Shown here: positions 24,236-37,800 of the stretch, one piece after another
How positions within the stretch are numbered: position 1 is the first letter of the stretch
Layout of the letters: each line of letters opens with the position of its first letter
NCBI GenBank assembly: GCA_964016885.1
Contig: OZ024758.1
Span: 33,170,001 to 33,234,000, forward strand
Length of the DNA stretch: 64,000 bases
Source of the DNA: Eledone cirrhosa
Taxonomy: Eukaryota
Direction: 5' to 3'
Notes under the pieces: model-generated
Databases searched by the model: none
The model's input: only the letters and a program-made list of their open reading frames with translations
Told to the model about the DNA's origin: nothing
Translations under genes and position numbers: made by a program

Positions 24236-24556
24236 TAAAATAACAGATTAAAGTTTAAGCAAAGAATCGCTGCTTTCACCCTTAACGGGATCTTCTGAAA
24301 CTAAAAAAAAATCAATCTGTGAACGCAGAAGTAAATATTTCAAAAAACGTTGCAACCGGAGGAAAACAGGAAGACGATACTTTGGTTCATGAAGACGTTC
24401 CCAGGCAATGAACGGAAAAAAGTGAAGATAATATGTCGTTATGTGGACCGATGAGAACAATTACACGCTAAGACAAAGTCATGTTTATGGTATAAATGGA
24501 GTCGTAGACTAATATTCTATTTAGGAAACCGAATGATTCTCGGCTTCAGAGTTAAG

Positions 24557-24750
24557 AATAATTGTTTCTACTTTAGGCACAAGGCCAGCAATTACCCAGT
24601 GCATTACTGGTACTTTATTTTATCGACCTCGTAAGGATGAAAGGCAAAGTTAACCTCGGCAGGATTTGAACTCAGAATGGCAAGGGCCGTAACTCTATAC
24701 GTCAAAGCATGGCGTCCGACCCTCTACCGATACTGCCTATTCACCGCCCA
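24557..24750 (-). mobile_element. Full-length SINE
   Basis: Nearly identical to 16540-16720. Confidence 0.9.
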
Positions 24751-25077
24751 TAAGTCATAAGAATAATGTAAATAAATTAGTTAAGTAAGAGCATAAACCT
24801 AGGAAAAATAAATCCCAACGCATATATGGTATAACCCACCATATAATATATTAGGTTAACGCTATATATATATATATATGTTTGAAAAAAGGGTCCCATA
24901 TGGCTAAAATCATACAAAATGAATAAAAAATATACAACCAAAGTCGATTAAAGAATGAATAAACACAGACAATCCCAACTCATCAGTCAATCATTTCAAT
25001 AAGTGCTCAAAGGCATGAAACTTCAAACCCTTGAGTCAGCGGTCCAGCTTATAATAAAGTATATATCACTCTTAAGT

Positions 25078-25345
25078 AATGAAATGGCAGAGTTGTTAAG
25101 ACGTCGGATAGAATGCTTTACAGTATTTGTCCCACCTCTCTGAGTTCAAATCCTGCCGGGGTCAATTTTGCCTTTCATCCTTTCGAGGTCGATAAAAAAA
25201 AGTACCAGTTCAGTACTGGAGTCGATTTTTTCTCAAATGAAAAAAATCTGCTGTTTTCAGACCTGAAGAGGGTTGGGCTCTGACAGGTTTATGTGTTCCC
25301 TAGACCCATCGTATGATGGTGCCTCTACGACTCCACAAAGAGTTA
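25078..25345 (+). mobile_element. SINE, long-tail subfamily
   Basis: A box tggcagagttg, B box gagttcaaatcc, central domain gcctttcatcctttcgaggtcgataaa. Confidence 0.8.
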
Positions 25346-25406
25346 TGGGTTCTTTATCCTTTTATATATCACTCTTTTCTTTCTGCTGTTTGTGCATCCA
25401 AGTCTG

Positions 25407-25598
25407 TACACACACACACATACACAAACACACATACACAAACACATACGTACAGACACACACATACACACACACACATACACAAACAAACACACATACA
25501 CAAACAAACACACATACACAAACACACACAAACAAACACACACACACACACACACATACACATACACACATACACATACACAAACACACACACACACA
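25407..25598. repeat. (CA)n-rich microsatellite
   Basis: Visible dinucleotide repeat. Confidence 0.95.
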
Positions 25599-25827
25599 TT
25601 CTGTTTTGCATCCATCATGCCTTTGCTGAGGCTTGGATAGGACTTGAAATATCGGACATATGTCTATTATTCAATCAATATGTTTTAGAATTAGATATAA
25701 TTCCTACTGTTAACTATTCAACTGTGTAGCAGGTGTAACATATATCTTAGCCAGATTAACTGACATAGATAAAGCTTATATGTCTCACAGAGGGACATTA
25801 CATGCTATGTATAATGTTAATATATCG

Positions 25828-28800
25828 ACACAGCTATGAAGTAGACCAGTACCTTACTGTCACAGCTATTGTAGACCAGTACCTTAGTGTCACGGCTATT
25901 GGAGACCAGTACTTAGTGTGACAGCTATTGTAGGCCAGTACCTTAGTGTCAGGCCTAAGGTAGACCAGTACCTTAGTGTTACAGCTATTGTAGACCAGTA
26001 CCTTAGTGTCACAGCTATTGTACAGCTATTGTAGACCAGTACCTTAGTGTCACAGCTATTGTACAGCTATTGTAGACCAGTACCTTAGTGTCACGGCTAT
26101 TGTAGACCAGTACCTTAGTGTCAAAGCTATTGTAGAGCTATTGTAGACCAGTACCTTAGTGTCACAGCTATTGTAGACCAGTACCTTAGTGTCAAAGCTA
26201 TTGTAGACCAGTACCTTAGTGTCACAGCTATTGTAGACCAGTACCTTAGTGTCACAGCCATTCTAGACCAGTACCTTAGTGTCACAGCTATTGTAGAGCA
26301 GTACCTTAGTGTCACAGCTATTGTAGACCAGTACCTTAGTGTCACAGCTATTGTAGACCAGTACCTTAGTGTTACAGCTATTGTAGACCAGTACCTTAGT
26401 GTTACAGCTATTGTAGACCAGTACCTTAGTGTCACGGCTAGTGTAGACCAGTACCTTAGTGTCACAGCTATTGTAGACCAGTACCTTAGTGTTACAGCTA
26501 TTGTAGAGCAGTACCTTAGTGTTACAGCTATTGTAGACCAGTACCTTAGTGTCACGGCTAGTGTAGACCAGTACCTTAGTGTCACAGCTATTGTAGACCA
26601 GTACCTTAGTGTTACAGCTATTGTAGAGCAGTACCTTAGTGTTACAGCTATTGTAGACCAGTACCTTAGTGGCACAGCTATTGTAGTCCAGTACCTTAGT
26701 GGCACAGCTATTGTAGACCAGTACCTGAGTGTCACAGCTATTGTAGACCAGTACCTTAGTGTCACAGCTATTGTAGACCAGTATCTTAGTGTTACAGCTA
26801 TTGTAGAGCAGTACCTTAGTGTTACAGCTATTGTAGACCAGTACCTTAGTGTCACGGCTAGTGTAGACCAGTACCTTAGTGTCACAGCTAGTATAGACCA
26901 GTACCTTAGTGTCACAGCTATTGTAGACCAGTACCTTAGTGTTACAGCTATTGTAGACCAGTACCTTAGTGTCACGGCTAGTGTAGACCAGTACCTTAGT
27001 GTCACAGCTAGTATAGACCAGTACCTTAGTGTCACAGCTAGTATAGACCAGTACCTTAGTGTCACGGCTATTGTAGACCAGTACCTTAGTGTCACGGCTA
27101 TTGTAGACCAGTACCTTAGTGTCACAGCTATTGTAGAGCAGTACCTTAGTGTTACAGCTATTGTAGACCAGTACCTTAGTGGCACAGCTATTGTAGACCA
27201 GTACCTTAGTGTTACAGCTATTGTAGAGCAGTACCTTAGTGTTACAGCTATTGTAGACCAGTACCTTAGTGTCACAGCTATTGTAGACCAGTACCTTAGT
27301 GGCACAGCTATTGTAGACCAGTACCTTAGTGTCACAGCTATTGTAGACCAGTACCTTAGTGTCACAGCTATTGTAGACCAGTACCTTAGTGTCACAGCTA
27401 TTGTAGACCAGTACCTTAGTGTCACAGCTATTGTAGACCAGTACCTTAGTGTTACAGCTATTGTAGACCAGTACCTTAGTGTTACAGCTATTGTAGACCA
27501 GTACCTTAGTGTCACAGCTATTGTAGACCAGTACCTTAGTGTCAAGGCTATTGTACAGCAGTACCTTAGTGTCACTGCTATTGTAGACCAGTACCTTAGT
27601 GTTACAGCTATTGTAGACCAGTACCTTAATGTCACAGCTATTGTAGACCAGTACCTTAGTGTTACAGCTATTGTAGACCAGTACCTTAGTGTCACAGCTA
27701 TTGTAGACCAGTACCTTAGTGTCACAGCTATTGTAGACCAGTACCTTAGTGTCACGGCTATTGTAGACCAGTACCTTAGTGACACAGCTGTTGTAGACCA
27801 GTACCTTAGTGGTACGGCTATTGTAGACCAGTGCCTTAGTGTCACAGCTATCAAGTAGACCAGTACCTTAGTGTCACGGCTATTGTACAGCTATTATAGA
27901 CCAGTACCTTAGTGTCACGGCTATTGTACAGCTATTGTAGACCAGTACCTTAGTGTCACAGCTATTGTAAACCAGTACCTTAGTGTCACGGCTATTGTAG
28001 ACCAGTACCTTAGTGTTACAGCTATTGTAGACCAGTACCTTAGTGTCACAGCTATTGTAGAGCAGTACCTTAGCGTTACAGCTATTGTAGACCAGTACCT
28101 TAGAGTCACGGCTAGTGTAGACCAGTACCTTAGTGTCACAGCTAGTATAGACCAGTACCTTAGTGTCACAGCTATTGTAGACCAGTACCTTAGTGGCACA
28201 GCTATTGTAGACCAGTACCTTAGTGTCACAGCTATTGTAGACCAGTACCTTAGTGTTACAGCTATTGTAGACCACTACCTTAGTGCCACAGCTATTGTAG
28301 ACCAGTACCTTAGTGTCACAGCTATTGGAGACCAGTACCTTAGTGTCACGGCTAGTGTAGACCAGTACCTTAGTGTCACAGCTAGTATAGACCAGTACCT
28401 TAGTGTTACAGCTATTGTAGACCAGTACCTTAGTGGCACAGCTATTGTAGACCAGTACCTTAGTCTCACAGCTATTCTAGACCAGTACCTTAGTGTTACA
28501 GCTATTGTAGACCAGTACCTTAGTGTCACAGCTATTGTAGACCAGTACCTTAGTGTCACAGCTATTGTAGACCAGGACCTTAGTGTCACTGCTATTGTAG
28601 ACCAGTACCTTAGTGTTACAGCTATTGTAGACCAGGACCTTAGTGTCACTGCTATTGTAGACCAGTACCTTAGTGTCACAGCTAGTATAGACCAGTACCT
28701 TAGTGTCACAGCTATTGTAGACCAGTACCTTAGTATCCCAGCTATTGTAGACCAGTACCTTAGTGTCACAGCTATTGTAGACCAGTACCTTAGTGTTACA

Positions 28801-31800
28801 GCTATTGTAGACCAGTACCTTAGTGTCACAGCTATTGTAGACCAGTACCTTAGTGTCAAGGCTATTGTACAGCAGTACCTTAGTGTCACTGCTATTGTAG
28901 ACCAGTACCTTAGTGTTACAGCTATTGTAGACCAGTACCTTAATGTCACAGCTATTGTAGACCAGAACCTTAGTGTCACAGCTATTGTAGACCAGTACCT
29001 TAGTGTCACAGCTATTGTAGACCAGTACCTTAGTGTCACAGCTATTGTAGACCAGTACCTTAGTGTCACAGCTATTGTAGACCAGTATCTTAGTGTCAAG
29101 GCAATTGTAGACCAGGACCTTAGTGTTATGGCTATTGTAGACCAGTACCTTAATGTCACAGCTATTGTAGACCAGTACCTTAGTGTTACAGCTATTGTAG
29201 ACCAGTACCTTAGTGTTACAGCTATTGTAGACCAGTACCTTAGTGTCACAGCTATTGTAGACCAGTACCTTAGTGTCACTGCTATTGTAGACCAGTACCT
29301 TAGTGTTACAGCTATTGTAGACCAGTACCTTAGTGTTACAGCTATTGTAGACCAGTACCTTAGTGTCACAGCTATTGTAGACCAGTACCTTAGTGTCACT
29401 GCTATTGTAGACCAGTACCTTAGTGTTACAGCTATTGTAGACCAGTACCTTAATGTCACAGCTATTGTAGACCAGTACCTTAGTGTTACAGCTATTATAG
29501 ACCAGTACCTTAGTGTCACAGCTATTGTAGATCAGTAGCTTAGTGTCACAGCTATTGTAGACCAGTACCTTAGTGTTACAGCTATGAAGTAGACCAGTAC
29601 CTTAGTGTCACAGCTATTGTAGACCAGTACCTTAGTGTTACAGCTATTGTAGACTAGTACCTTAGTGTCACAGCTATTGTAGACTAGTACCTTAGTGTCA
29701 CGGCTATTGTAGACCAGTACCTTAGTGTCACAGCTATTGTAGACCAGTACCTTAGTGTCACAGCTATTGTAGACCACTACCTTAGTGTCACAGCTATTGT
29801 AGACCAGTACCTTAGTGTTACAGCTATTGTAGACCAATACCTTAGTCTCACAGCTATTCTAGACCAGTACCTTAGTGTTACAGCTATTGTAGACCAGTAC
29901 CTTAGTGTCACAGCTATTGTAGACCAGTACCTTAGTGTCACAGCTATTGTAGACCAGTACCTTAGTGTCACAGCTATTGTAGACCAGTACCTGAGTGTCA
30001 CAGCTATTGTAGACCAGTACCTTAGTGTTACAGCTATTGTAGACCAGTACCTGACTGTCACAGCTATTGTAGACCAGTACCTTAGTGTCACAGCTATTGT
30101 AGACCAGTACCTTAGTGTCACGGCTATTGTAGACCAGTACCTTAGTGTTACGGCTATTGTAGACCAGGACCTTAGTGTCACAGCTATTGTAGACCAGTAC
30201 CTGAGTGTCACAGCTATTGTAGACCAGTACCTGAGTGTCACAGCTATTGTAGACCAGTACCTTAGTGTTACAGCTATTGTAGACCAGTACCTTAGTGTCA
30301 CGGCTATTGTAGACCAGTACTTAGTGTTACGGCTATTGTAGACCAGTACCTTAGTGTTACGGCTATTGTAGACCAGGACCTTAGTGTCACAGCTATTGTA
30401 GACCAGTACCTGAGTGTCACAGCTATTGTAGACCAGTACCTTAGTGTCACGGCTATTGTAAACCAGTACCTTAGTGTCACGGCTATTGTAGACCAGGACC
30501 TTAGTGTCACGGGTATTGTAGACCAGTACCTTAGTGTCACGGGTATTGTAGACCAGTACCTTAGTGTCACGGGTATTGTAGACCAGTACCTTAGTGTCAC
30601 AGCTATTGTAGACCAGTACCTTAGTGTCACGGCTATTGTAGACCAGTATCTGAGTGGCACAGCTATTGTAGACCAGTACCTTAGTGTCACGGCTATTGTA
30701 GACCAGTACCTTAGTGTCACGGCTATTGTAGACCAGTACCTTAGTGGTACGGCTATTGTAGACCAGTACCTTAGTGTCACAGCTATTGTAGACCAGTACC
30801 TTAGTGTCACAGCTATCAAGTAGACCAGTACCTTAGTGTCACGGCTATTGTACAGCTATTATAGACCAGTACCTTAGTGTCACGGCTATTGTACAGCTAT
30901 TGTAGACCAGTACCTTAGTGTCACAGCTATTGTAAACCAGTACCTTAGTGTCACGGCTATTGTAGACCAGGACCTTAGTGTCACAGCTATTGTAGACCAG
31001 TACCTGAGTGTCACAGCTATTGTAGACCAGTACCTGAGTGTCACAGCTATTGTAGACCAGTACCTTAGTGTTACAGCTATTGTAGACCAGTACCTTAGTG
31101 TCACGGCTATTGTAGACCAGTACTTAGTGTTACGGCTATTGTAGACCAGTACCTTAGTGTTACGGCTATTGTAGACCAGGACCTTAGTGTCACAGCTATT
31201 GTAGACCAGTACCTGAGTGTCACAGCTATTGTAGACCAGTACCTTAGTGTCACGGCTATTGTAAACCAGTACCTTAGTGTCACGGCTATTGTAGACCAGG
31301 ACCTTAGTGTCACGGGTATTGTAGACCAGTACCTTAGTGTCACGGGTATTGTAGACCAGTACCTTAGTGTCACGGGTATTGTAGACCAGTACCTTAGTGT
31401 CACAGCTATTGTAGACCAGTACCTTAGTGTCACGGCTATTGTAGACCAGTATCTGAGTGGCACAGCTATTGTAGACCAGTACCTTAGTGTCACGGCTATT
31501 GTAGACCAGTACCTTAGTGTCACGGCTATTGTAGACCAGTACCTTAGTGGTACGGCTATTGTAGACCAGTACCTTAGTGTCACAGCTATTGTAGACCAGT
31601 ACCTTAGTGTCACAGCTATCAAGTAGACCAGTACCTTAGTGTCACGGCTATTGTACAGCTATTATAGACCAGTACCTTAGTGTCACGGCTATTGTACAGC
31701 TATTGTAGACCAGTACCTTAGTGTCACAGCTATTGTAAACCAGTACCTTAGTGTCACGGCTATTGTAGACCAGTACCTTAGTGTTACAGCTATTGTAGAG

Positions 31801-34800
31801 CAGTACCTTAGTGTTACAGCTATTGTAGACCAGTACCTTAGTGTTACAGCTATTGTAGAGCAGTACCTTAGTGTTACAGCTATTGTAGACCAGTACCTTA
31901 GTGGCACAGCTATTGTAGACCAGTACCTTAGTGTTACAGCTATTGTAGAGCAGTACCTTAGTGTTACAGCTATTGTAGACCAGTACCTTAGTGTCACGGC
32001 TAGTGTAGACCAGTACCTTAGTGTCACAGCTATTGTAGACCAGTACCTTAGTGTTACAGCTATTGTAGAGCAGTACCTTAGTGTTACAGCTATTGTAGAC
32101 CAGTACCTTAGTGTCACGGCTAGTGTAGACCAGTACCTTAGTGTCACAGCTATTGTAGACCAGTACCTTAGTGTTACAGCTATTGTAGAGCAGTACCTTA
32201 GTGTTACAGCTATTGTAGACCAGTACCTTAGTGGCACAGCTATTGTAGTCCAGTACCTTAGTGGCACAGCTATTGTAGACCAGTACCTGAGTGTCACAGC
32301 TATTGTAGACCAGTACCTGAGTGTCACGGCTAGTGTAGACCAGTACCTTAGTGTCACAGCTAGTATAGACCAGTACCTTAGTGTCACAGCTATTGTAGAC
32401 CAGTACCTTAGTGTTACAGCTATTGTAGACCAGTACCTTAGTGTCACGGCTAGTGTAGACCAGTACCTTAGTGTCACAGCTAGTATAGACCAGTACCTTA
32501 GTGTCACAGCTAGTATAGACCAGTACCTTAGTGTCACAGCTATTGTAGACCAGTACCTTAGTGTCACAGCTGTTGTAGACCAGTACCTTAGTGTCACGGC
32601 TATTGTAGACCAGTACCTTAGTGACACAGCTGTTGTAGACCAGTACCTTAGTGGTACGGCTATTGTAGACCAGTGCCTTAGTGTCACAGCTATCAAGTAG
32701 ACCAGTACCTTAGTGTCACGGCTATTGTACAGCTATTATAGACCAGTACCTTAGTGTCACGGCTATTGTACAGCTATTGTAGACCAGTACCTTAGTGTCA
32801 CAGCTATTGTAAACCAGTACCTTAGTGTCACGGCTATTGTAGACCAGTACCTTAGTGTTACAGCTATTGTAGACCAGTACCTTAGTGTCACAGCTATTGT
32901 AGAGCAGTACCTTAGCGTTACAGCTATTGTAGACCAGTACCTTAGAGTCACGGCTAGTGTAGACCAGTACCTTAGTGTCACAGCTAGTATAGACCAGTAC
33001 CTTAGTGTCACAGCTATTGTAGACCAGTACCTTAGTGGCACAGCTATTGTAGACCAGTACCTTAGTGTCACAGCTATTGTAGACCAGTACCTTAGTGTTA
33101 CAGCTATTGTAGACCACTACCTTAGTGTCACAGCTATTGTAGACCAGTACCTTAGTGTCACAGCTATTGGAGACCAGTACCTTAGTGTCACGGCTAGTGT
33201 AGACCAGTACCTTAGTGTCACAGCTAGTATAGACCAGTACCTTAGTGTTACAGCTATTGTAGACCAGTACCTTAGTGGCACAGCTATTGTAGACCAGTAC
33301 CTTAGTCTCACAGCTATTCTAGACCAGTACCTTAGTGTTACAGCTATTGTAGACCAGTACCTTAGTGTCACAGCTATTGTAGACCAGTACCTTAGTGTCA
33401 CAGCTATTGTAGACCAGGACCTTAGTGTCACTGCTATTGTAGACCAGTACCTTAGTGTTACAGCTATTGTAGACCAGGACCTTAGTGTCACTGCTATTGT
33501 AGACCAGTACCTTAGTGTCACAGCTAGTATAGACCAGTACCTTAGTGTCACAGCTATTGTAGACCAGTACCTTAGTGTCCCAGCTATTGTAGACCAGTAC
33601 CTTAGTGTCACAGCTATTGTAGACCAGTACCTTAGTGTTACAGCTATTGTAGACCAGTACCTTAGTGTCACAGCTATTGTAGACCAGTACCTTAGTGTCA
33701 AGGCTATTGTACAGCAGTACCTTAGTGTCACTGCTATTGTAGACCAGTACCTTAGTGTTACAGCTATTGTAGACCAGTACCTTAATGTCACAGCTATTGT
33801 AGACCAGAACCTTAGTGTCACAGCTATTGTAGACCAGTACCTTAGTGTTACAGCTATGAAGTAGACCAGTACCTTAGTGTCACAGCTATTGTAGACCAGT
33901 ACATTAGTGTTACAGCTATTGTAGACCAGTACCTTAGTGTTACAGCTATTGTAGACCAGTACCTTAGTGTCACGGCTAGTGTAGACCAGTACCTTAGTGT
34001 CAAGGCTATTGTACAGCAGTACCTTAGTGTCACAGCTATTGTAGACCAGTATCTTAGTGTCAAGGCAATTGTAGACCAGGACCTTAGTGTTATGGCTATT
34101 GTAGACCAGTACCTTACTGTTACAGCTATTGTAGACCAGTACATTAGTGTTACAGCTATTGTAGACCAGTACCTTAGTGTTACAGCTATTGTAGACCAGT
34201 ACCTTAGTGTCACAGCTATTGTAGACCAGTACCTTAGTGTCACAGCTATTGTAGACCAGTACCTTAGTGTTACAGCTATGAAGTAGACCAGTACCTTAGT
34301 GTCACAGCTATTGTAGACCAGTACCTTAGTGTTACAGCTATTGTAGACTAGTACCTTAGTGTCACAGCTATTGTAGACCAGTACCTTAGTGTCACAGCTA
34401 TTGTAGACCAGTACTTTAGTGTTACAGCTATTGTAGACTAGTACCTTAGTGTTACAGTTATTGTAGACCAGTACCTTAGTGTCACAGCTATTGTAGACCA
34501 GTACCTTAGTGTCACAGCTATTGTAGACCAGTATCTTAGTGTCACGGCTATTGTAGACCAGTACCTTAGTGTTACAGCTATGAAGTAGACCAGTACCTTA
34601 GTATCACACCTATTGTAGACCAGTACCTTAGTGTCACAGCTATTGTAGACCAGTACCTTAGTGTCACGGCTATTATAGACCAGTACCTTAGTGTCACAGC
34701 TATTATAGACGAGTACCTTAGTGTCACAGCTATTGTAGACTAGTACCTTAGTGTTACAGCTATTGTAAACCAGTACCTTAGTGTCACGGCTATTGTACAG

Positions 34801-37800
34801 CTATTGTAGACCAGTACCTTAGTGTCACAGCTATTGTAGACCAGTACCTTAGTGTTACAGCTATTGTAGACCAGTACCTTAGTGTCACGGCTAGTGTAGA
34901 CCAGTACCTTAGTGTCACAGCTATTGTAGACCAGTACCTTAGTGTTACAGCTATTGTAGAGCAGTACCTTAGTGTTACAGCTATTGTAGACCAGTACCTT
35001 AGTGTCACGGCTAGTGTAGACCAGTACCTTAGTGTCACAGCTATTGTAGACCAGTACCTTAGTGTTACAGCTATTGTAGAGCAGTACCTTAGTGTTACAG
35101 CTATTGTAGACCAGTACCTTAGTGGCACAGCTATTGTAGTCCAGTACCTTAGTGGCACAGCTATTGTAGACCAGTACCTGAGTGTCACAGCTATTGTAGA
35201 CCAGTACCTGAGTGTCACGGCTAGTGTAGACCAGTACCTTAGTGTCACAGCTAGTATAGACCAGTACCTTAGTGTCACAGCTATTGTAGACCAGTACCTT
35301 AGTGTTACAGCTATTGTAGACCAGTACCTTAGTGTCACGGCTAGTGTAGACCAGTACCTTAGTGTCACAGCTAGTATAGACCAGTACCTTAGTGTCACAG
35401 CTAGTATAGACCAGTACCTTAGTGTCACAGCTATTGTAGACCAGTACCTTAGTGTCACAGCTGTTGTAGACCAGTACCTTAGTGTCACGGCTATTGTAGA
35501 CCAGTACCTTAGTGACACAGCTGTTGTAGACCAGTACCTTAGTGGTACGGCTATTGTAGACCAGTGCCTTAGTGTCACAGCTATCAAGTAGACCAGTACC
35601 TTAGTGTCACGGCTATTGTACAGCTATTATAGACCAGTACCTTAGTGTCACGGCTATTGTACAGCTATTGTAGACCAGTACCTTAGTGTCACAGCTATTG
35701 TAAACCAGTACCTTAGTGTCACGGCTATTGTAGACCAGTACCTTAGTGTTACAGCTATTGTAGACCAGTACCTTAGTGTCACAGCTATTGTAGAGCAGTA
35801 CCTTAGCGTTACAGCTATTGTAGACCAGTACCTTAGAGTCACGGCTAGTGTAGACCAGTACCTTAGTGTCACAGCTAGTATAGACCAGTACCTTAGTGTC
35901 ACAGCTATTGTAGACCAGTACCTTAGTGGCACAGCTATTGTAGACCAGTACCTTAGTGTCACAGCTATTGTAGACCAGTACCTTAGTGTTACAGCTATTG
36001 TAGACCACTACCTTAGTGTCACAGCTATTGTAGACCAGTACCTTAGTGTCACAGCTATTGGAGACCAGTACCTTAGTGTCACGGCTAGTGTAGACCAGTA
36101 CCTTAGTGTCACAGCTAGTATAGACCAGTACCTTAGTGTTACAGCTATTGTAGACCAGTACCTTAGTGGCACAGCTATTGTAGACCAGTACCTTAGTCTC
36201 ACAGCTATTCTAGACCAGTACCTTAGTGTTACAGCTATTGTAGACCAGTACCTTAGTGTCACAGCTATTGTAGACCAGTACCTTAGTGTCACAGCTATTG
36301 TAGACCAGGACCTTAGTGTCACTGCTATTGTAGACCAGTACCTTAGTGTTACAGCTATTGTAGACCAGGACCTTAGTGTCACTGCTATTGTAGACCAGTA
36401 CCTTAGTGTCACAGCTAGTATAGACCAGTACCTTAGTGTCACAGCTATTGTAGACCAGTACCTTAGTGTCCCAGCTATTGTAGACCAGTACCTTAGTGTC
36501 ACAGCTATTGTAGACCAGTACCTTAGTGTTACAGCTATTGTAGACCAGTACCTTAGTGTCACAGCTATTGTAGACCAGTACCTTAGTGTCAAGGCTATTG
36601 TACAGCAGTACCTTAGTGTCACTGCTATTGTAGACCAGTACCTTAGTGTTACAGCTATTGTAGACCAGTACCTTAATGTCACAGCTATTGTAGACCAGAA
36701 CCTTAGTGTCACAGCTATTGTAGACCAGTACCTTAGTGTCACAGCTATTGTAGACCAGTACCTTAGTGTCACAGCTATTGTAGACCAGTACCTTAGTGTC
36801 ACAGCTATTGTAGACCAGTACCTTAGTGTCACAGCTATTGTAGACCAGTATCTTAGTGTCAAGGCAATTGTAGACCAGGACCTTAGTGTTATGGCTATTG
36901 TAGACCAGTACCTTACTGTTACAGCTATTGTAGACCAGTACATTAGTGTTACAGCTATTGTAGACCAGTACCTTAGTGTTACAGCTATTGTAGACCAGTA
37001 CCTTAGTGTCACAGCTATTGTAGACCAGTACCTTAGTGTCACAGCTATTGTAGACCAGTACCTTAGTGTTACAGCTATGAAGTAGACCAGTACCTTAGTG
37101 TCACAGCTATTGTAGACCAGTACCTTAGTGTTACAGCTATTGTAGACTAGTACCTTAGTGTCACAGCTATTGTAGACCAGTACCTTAGTGTCACAGCTAT
37201 TGTAGACCAGTACTTTAGTGTTACAGCTATTGTAGACTAGTACCTTAGTGTTACAGTTATTGTAGACCAGTACCTTAGTGTCACAGCTATTGTAGACCAG
37301 TACCTTAGTGTCACAGCTATTGTAGACCAGTATCTTAGTGTCACGGCTATTGTAGACCAGTACCTTAGTGTTACAGCTATGAAGTAGACCAGTACCTTAG
37401 TATCACACCTATTGTAGACCAGTACCTTAGTGTCACAGCTATTGTAGACCAGTACCTTAGTGTCACGGCTATTATAGACCAGTACCTTAGTGTCACAGCT
37501 ATTATAGACGAGTACCTTAGTGTCACAGCTATTGTAGACTAGTACCTTAGTGTTACAGCTATTGTAAACCAGTACCTTAGTGTCACGGCTATTGTACAGC
37601 TATTGTAGACCAGTACCTTAGTGTCACAGCTATTGTAGACCAGTACCTTAGTGTTACAGCTATTGTAGACCAGTACCTTAGTGTCACAGCTATTGTAGAC
37701 CAGTACCTTAGTGTCACAGCTAGTATAGACCAGTACCTTAGTGTCACAGCTATTGTAGACCAGTACCTTAGTGGCACAGCTATTGTAGACCAGTACCTTA

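Noticed and set aside
24960-24995. Minus-strand CTGATGA as a further hammerhead
   Set aside because: No stem II followed by GAAA at a suitable distance.
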